A stretch of 12,053 nt of DNA from NCBI GenBank assembly GCA_038214755.1, contig JBBQRQ010000125.1, positions 1-12,053 of the forward strand, written 5' to 3'. Source of the DNA: Verrucomicrobiota bacterium. Its GTDB lineage: Bacteria; Verrucomicrobiota; Verrucomicrobiia; Limisphaerales; CANJXF01. The position numbers were made by a program, and so were the translations under genes. Each line of letters begins with the position of its first letter. Position 1 is the first letter of the stretch. Of this stretch, positions 8,087-12,053 are shown in pieces. The notes beneath the pieces were generated by a model. It was not told where the DNA came from. It did no database searches and saw nothing but the letters and a program-made list of their open reading frames with translations.

Positions 8087-8111
8087 GCCCGAAAATTTGT
8101 TCGGGCTTTTT
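8087..8111 (+). terminator. Rho-independent terminator-like hairpin
   Basis: gcccgaa-aatttg-ttcgggc followed directly by ttttt. Confidence 0.55.
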
Positions 8112-8395
8112 CCTTCAAGGCATCCATCACGGAGGCAAATTTTCTTCGTCCCAACAAAAACGGAGGCAATAAATTCGTTCTCTTGCAGGACACGTCTTGT
8201 CCCGATTTCAGATACATGATGGAGGGCGGCCGCTACTTCGCTACGGATTTAAATCTTGTCGCCGGGGGAGAAACGGTGTTCGTTACGGACGATCCTATTA
8301 AAAAAAGTTCTTCTACTTCCGTTATGAATTTACTGTTTTCTCCAGGAAAACTTTTGACCCTTCAAACCTGTAGGGAATTTACTATTCCAAAAGTG

Positions 8396-10765
8396 ATGCG
8401 AAGTTTTTGCAGCGCGTTATCCCTTCTTGCCTTTACTGCGAGCGCAGAAAAGACCGATTTCTTTCTCTATGACAAAGCGGATGAAATTGTGGAGACGGTT
8501 CTGTTAGAGAACCCACTTTATTACGACGCCGGAATTGCGACCGCTTCCAATGGGCTGTGGATCGCATGGCTGGAGTTTCAGCCAAAATCCGGCGATCAGA
8601 TCTGGTTGGGATTGCGCGGGGCGAATGGGAAATGGATTGAGAGAAAACAGATAAGCTCGGTTGTGGGAGATTACGCCAATCCCACTCCAACCATTGATGC
8701 GCTCGGGCGTTTATGGGTGAGTTACGAAACCTCGAAAGGCTCGAATTGGAATGTGGAAGTTCAACAGGCGACTGAGATCAATGGAAACCACAGCGAAAAG
8801 AATTCGACCAGTTTCGTCGGAATAAATCATCGCATCACGGCTGGTCCAGACGGGAGCGTCGTCGTTGTTTGCCAGCAGGAAAGCCAAGGTCGTTTCCGCG
8901 CCATCGGGATGCGGATAAGTAATCGGTCAAAGGTATTTACGACCGACGCGCTCAAAGATATTTCCACCTCTGGCAATGCGTGGCATCCATCGGTCGCCGT
9001 ATCCGCGGATAACTCCGTTCATCTCATCTGCGATGCCTACGATGGACAGAGTTACAATGTCCTTTCGCAATTCACCACCAAAGCGACCCACGAAAATCTA
9101 ACCCTTGCCGCTACACCCGGATTTGAAGCCAACGCGCAAATCGCCTCGGGCAAAGATGGGAAGGTTTGGGTGGTCTGGGAGGAAGATGGCGAGAATTGGG
9201 GGAAACGTTACGTCGCGCGAACACCTGGCGACAAAAAATCAACTAAGATGGTGGATAACGAAGGCCCCCTTCATCGTTTTCGCAAATTGCACTTTGGCGA
9301 ACTGGATGAAAAATCCGCGCAACTCAAAACCTATGACCTACCCCAACCTTCCTTCGAACTTTCCAACCATCGCACTAACGCGCCGCCTGACCTGAAAAAT
9401 TTCGGCGCGTTTTACGAAGGAGCGCAACTGGTCGTCGATGGACAAAACCGCCCGTGGATTGTCTATCGTCACTTCTATGTGCCGTGGATAGGTATCGTTC
9501 CCGAGACGCACAAACAAGACAACGCGCGTCTCTACGCCCGCTGCCTTCTGCGCGATGGCTGGTCGAAACTCTATTCCTTCACGGAAGGTCAAGGCGATGG
9601 GATGCAACGTATTTCCGTGAGTCCGAAGCAAGACGGAATCAACCTCGCCTGGACGACTGGCCGCACGGATAGGCGCGATCCAAAATCAACTCATCGAGGA
9701 ATAGCGCTGGCGGAAATTTCTTTTAAAGGTGCGAAAGCGAAAATTCCTGCAAAGACTAGAATAGTCTCTCTTGCTTCAAACACCATTGCCGCCTCCCCTG
9801 CTCTATCCGCACGTCCTGTCGCTAGTTTGGGTAGCAGACAATACGAACTGTTCTATGGCGATCTTCATCGGCACACGGACATATCACTTTGCTTCTCACC
9901 AGCGGATGGAACCATTGATGATGCCTATCGTTACGCGATTGATGCTGCCCCGCTGGATTTCATGGGCATCACTGACCATACCCATGACCTGGCGATGGGT
10001 GATCCACTTAGTCTTGTCTGGTGGCGTAGTAGGAAGGAAGTAGATCGTCATGCGCTAGGCACGAAGTTCTTTCCCTTTTACTCCTATGAACGCAGCCGGG
10101 GTGATACCGACCATAATGTCTTCTCTCTCCGCGACGACATGCTTCGTCCTCACACCTATCCCCTCACCCAGTTCTGGAGCGAGTTGGATACGAATACGTT
10201 TACCATAGCGCATCAGCCTTTCAATCGCGTACTCTGGAACTACAAAGACAATATCCATCGACCCCTCGTCGAAATTTATCAGGGCTTCCGCAACAACTCT
10301 GTTGAGCAGGACGCGAAGGAAGGACTCATGCGCGGCCACCAATTCGGAATCATCGCCGCGAGCGATCACTTATCCACTGGGGCGAGTTACGCTGGCGTAT
10401 GGGCGGAAAAGCCGAGTCGCGAGTCGATCTTCCGCGCCATGCAAGCACGTCGGACCTTTGGCTCTACCAGCAAAATTACTCTAAAGGTTACCTGTGGCGA
10501 ACATTGGATGGGCGAAAGTTTTGCAACCAACTCCATGCCGCCTATTCAAATATCTGTGCAGGCTCCCTCGCCGATAAGTGACCTTGAACTCTTCCTCGAT
10601 GGAGAACTACTGAAGACAGGTGTCACTTCGGGCAAGGACGGTTCCTATATCTACGACGCGGACAAATCATTAACCGGCGCGCATCTATTCTATGTCCACG
10701 TCAAACTACTCGATGGCAATCGCGCCTGGTCATCGCCGCTTTGGGTGACGATCAAACCTTTGTAG
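8396..10765 (+). CDS. Secreted beta-propeller plus PHP-like metallohydrolase (CehA/McbA- or DUF3604-like)
   Basis: Likely start at ATG 8396, giving signal peptide MRSFCSALSLLAFTASA-E; the ORF track's upstream extension looks non-coding. Propeller-like repeats (LWIAW, PTIDALGRLWVSY, GKVWVVWE, RPWIVY). PHP metal motifs YGDLHRHT, DFMGITDH, IAHQP, VEIYQ and ASDH. C-terminal beta-sandwich ending RAWSSPLWV. Confidence 0.8.
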   Translation: MRSFCSALSLLAFTASAEKTDFFLYDKADEIVETVLLENPLYYDAGIATASNGLWIAWLEFQPKSGDQIWLGLRGANGKWIERKQISSVVGDYANPTPTIDALGRLWVSYETSKGSNWNVEVQQATEINGNHSEKNSTSFVGINHRITAGPDGSVVVVCQQESQGRFRAIGMRISNRSKVFTTDALKDISTSGNAWHPSVAVSADNSVHLICDAYDGQSYNVLSQFTTKATHENLTLAATPGFEANAQIASGKDGKVWVVWEEDGENWGKRYVARTPGDKKSTKMVDNEGPLHRFRKLHFGELDEKSAQLKTYDLPQPSFELSNHRTNAPPDLKNFGAFYEGAQLVVDGQNRPWIVYRHFYVPWIGIVPETHKQDNARLYARCLLRDGWSKLYSFTEGQGDGMQRISVSPKQDGINLAWTTGRTDRRDPKSTHRGIALAEISFKGAKAKIPAKTRIVSLASNTIAASPALSARPVASLGSRQYELFYGDLHRHTDISLCFSPADGTIDDAYRYAIDAAPLDFMGITDHTHDLAMGDPLSLVWWRSRKEVDRHALGTKFFPFYSYERSRGDTDHNVFSLRDDMLRPHTYPLTQFWSELDTNTFTIAHQPFNRVLWNYKDNIHRPLVEIYQGFRNNSVEQDAKEGLMRGHQFGIIAASDHLSTGASYAGVWAEKPSRESIFRAMQARRTFGSTSKITLKVTCGEHWMGESFATNSMPPIQISVQAPSPISDLELFLDGELLKTGVTSGKDGSYIYDADKSLTGAHLFYVHVKLLDGNRAWSSPLWVTIKPL

Positions 10766-10787
10766 TAGCAACCTATAAGATACAAAT

Positions 10788-10973
10788 GTGTGATTTTAAC
10801 TGGCGGTCAGTTGATCAGTTGTAGCGCAGGATTGCAACCTGCAAGATGTCGCCAGAACCGGAGACTTTCGAAACCTAAAAACTCTCTCTCTTTGCGACGG
10901 TCAGCCGGTTTCAAACCGGCGATACAGCAGGATGCAATCCTGCGCTACGTTTGACCGCCAGTTTGAATCACAC
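10788..10973. mobile_element. MITE-like element with 22-bp imperfect terminal inverted repeats enclosing a REP doublet
   Basis: gtgtgattttaactggcggtca (10788-10809) matches the reverse complement of tgaccgccagtttgaatcacac (10952-10973) at 20/22 positions. Confidence 0.65.
10821..10948. repeat. GTAG-family REP doublet (REPIN-like)
   Basis: GTAGCGCAGGATTGCAACCTGC (10821-10842) and inverted copy GCAGGATGCAATCCTGCGCTAC (10927-10948), 21/22 match. Each has a GTAG tetranucleotide plus a short palindrome. An extra hairpin gccggttt-c-aaaccggc lies at 10904-10920. Confidence 0.85.
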
Positions 10974-11039
10974 CCAAGTTACAATCGGCTCTGGTTTCCG
11001 CTAGCGGCCAAGGTCGTAACTATTATCCTGTTACTTTTG

Positions 11040-11870
11040 TTAAGGAGGTGAGGTAGTTCTCTCTTGAAGCCAGGGGAGGTCGCTGGACTTCGGATCTTTT
11101 GCAACGCCGTAGTTGCGCGCACTGAGGATATTGACATCCCGCCATTTTCTTATTTCGGCATGGCTGTCGGCAAAGCTCAGGCCGCCGGCTGCGTTATGAT
11201 AGGTGGCAGGCACGTCGGTCCACTGCTGAGTTCGGGTTGGGTCGCAAACAAACCAGCCATCGTTAATGCTCCAGGGATTCTCATCAATCAATACCCAGCA
11301 TTTGGAAGGGCTTGGCTTGATGATGTCGGTTTGCTTTCGGAAAACGCGAAGGTTCAGCGACCCGCCGCCCCAAACGTTAATCGGATTCATCCAACAATTC
11401 ATGGCCATACTTCGAACGGTCGGCTTACCCGCAAAAGTGCTGGACGTTGGCGGATTCCATCGATCGGTTCGTCGATCAGCCGGACACTTATAGACCGCGA
11501 CGTTCTTCACATACGGATAGAGCAGACCTGCCTGGAGTAGGCCGACATTCGTGTTACCCGGCGCAGAATTCATGCTACCGTAAACCCAATTGTTCCAATC
11601 CGCATTTGGCAGGGTGGCGCGTGTGTCAGCGGGGTTTTCCAGTAATCGATCCAAGCCGGCTGACCGGACAATCTTATCTCGATTATCGTCGCTATACATC
11701 GACCAGACCAGTTGCAATTGCTTCAAGTTATTCATGCAACCGATTCCCTGTGCTTTTTGTTTTGCCTTTCCGAGAGCGGGCAGGAGCAATGCGGCGAGGA
11801 TGGCGATAATAGCGATGACGACGAGTAACTCGATCAAGGTAAATGCTTTCGCGTGGCATCGACACCGCAT
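11040..11870 (-). CDS. Prepilin-type N-terminal cleavage/methylation domain protein with H-X9-DG-like C-terminal motif (PVC DUF1559-like pseudopilin)
   Basis: [50 protein letters not shown] and [16 protein letters not shown]. The start is either ATG 11870 or TTG 11885. Confidence 0.9.
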   Translation of the reverse strand: MRCRCHAKAFTLIELLVVIAIIAILAALLLPALGKAKQKAQGIGCMNNLKQLQLVWSMYSDDNRDKIVRSAGLDRLLENPADTRATLPNADWNNWVYGSMNSAPGNTNVGLLQAGLLYPYVKNVAVYKCPADRRTDRWNPPTSSTFAGKPTVRSMAMNCWMNPINVWGGGSLNLRVFRKQTDIIKPSPSKCWVLIDENPWSINDGWFVCDPTRTQQWTDVPATYHNAAGGLSFADSHAEIRKWRDVNILSARNYGVAKDPKSSDLPWLQERTTSPP

Positions 11871-11918
11871 CGTGATCGATTCCAACCCGACCCCTGCCCG
11901 CCTGATTTTGTTACTAGT

Positions 11919-12053
11919 CTAGTGTCCCGTAATTAGCTAGACATATTGGGTTTTCCGTGCAAAATTGGATTCATGGCGAAAATGGCGGCGGCGGTTCAAC
12001 TCTCGGAGATCGACCGAAATCAACTCGGAACCTGGGTTCGAGCCCAATTCACT
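11919..12053 (+). mobile_element. Left end of a probable IS630-family insertion sequence
   Basis: Begins CTAGTGTCCCGTAATTAGCTAGACATA, with a (C)TA(G) target typical of IS630 and an IS630-like terminus, followed by a transposase-like ORF. Confidence 0.75.
11973..12053 (+). CDS. IS630-family transposase, N-terminal fragment (runs off window)
   Basis: MAKMAAAVQLSEIDRNQLGTWVRAQFT resembles the 'LSxEERxxLxxWxR' start of IS630 transposases. Confidence 0.7.
   Translation, partial: MAKMAAAVQLSEIDRNQLGTWVRAQFT

Noticed and set aside
1951..8117. Recurrent TGAAGGAA/TTCCTTCA octamer in several intergenic regions
   Set aside because: It also occurs inside the lepA coding sequence and is too short to distinguish from chance without statistics.
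8183..8395. 71-aa N-terminal extension of the hydrolase in the ORF track
   Set aside because: It has a TTG start and AT-rich promoter-like DNA (TTGACC at 8354-8359). The signal peptide begins only at ATG 8396.
11886..11921. IS630 disrupting the pseudopilin reading frame itself
   Set aside because: The in-frame upstream TAG lies in the CTAG target that would pre-exist the insertion, and plausible starts at 11870 and 11885 remain.
1..12053. Composite transposon carrying lepA-lepB
   Set aside because: The flanking IS ends belong to different families and share no sequence, and the cargo is a core operon.

Overview
Chromosomal segment of roughly 50-55% GC, most likely from a Verrucomicrobiota (Pedosphaera/Limisphaerales-like) bacterium; this is inferred from gene content and repeat types. 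A housekeeping lepA-lepB operon (2818-5838) is surrounded by accessory genes for exported proteins. These are a secreted beta-helix-like protein apparently cut at its 3' end by an IS4-like end, an M36/fungalysin-like protease lacking its catalytic half and fused in frame to a C-terminal 'RFY' tail, a beta-propeller plus PHP-like metallohydrolase, and a prepilin-type H-X9-DG protein with an IS630 element just upstream. Both window ends are short IS fragments, suggesting contig breaks at multicopy IS. The intergenic DNA is repeat-rich. It contains a 14-bp inverted repeat around a promoter region, a 21-bp tandem array, an exact 19-bp direct repeat, inverted 8-bp tandem arrays before lepA, and a GTAG REP doublet nested inside a second inverted repeat. 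No rRNA, tRNA or CRISPR array was seen. All family assignments come from motif recognition by eye, not database searches.
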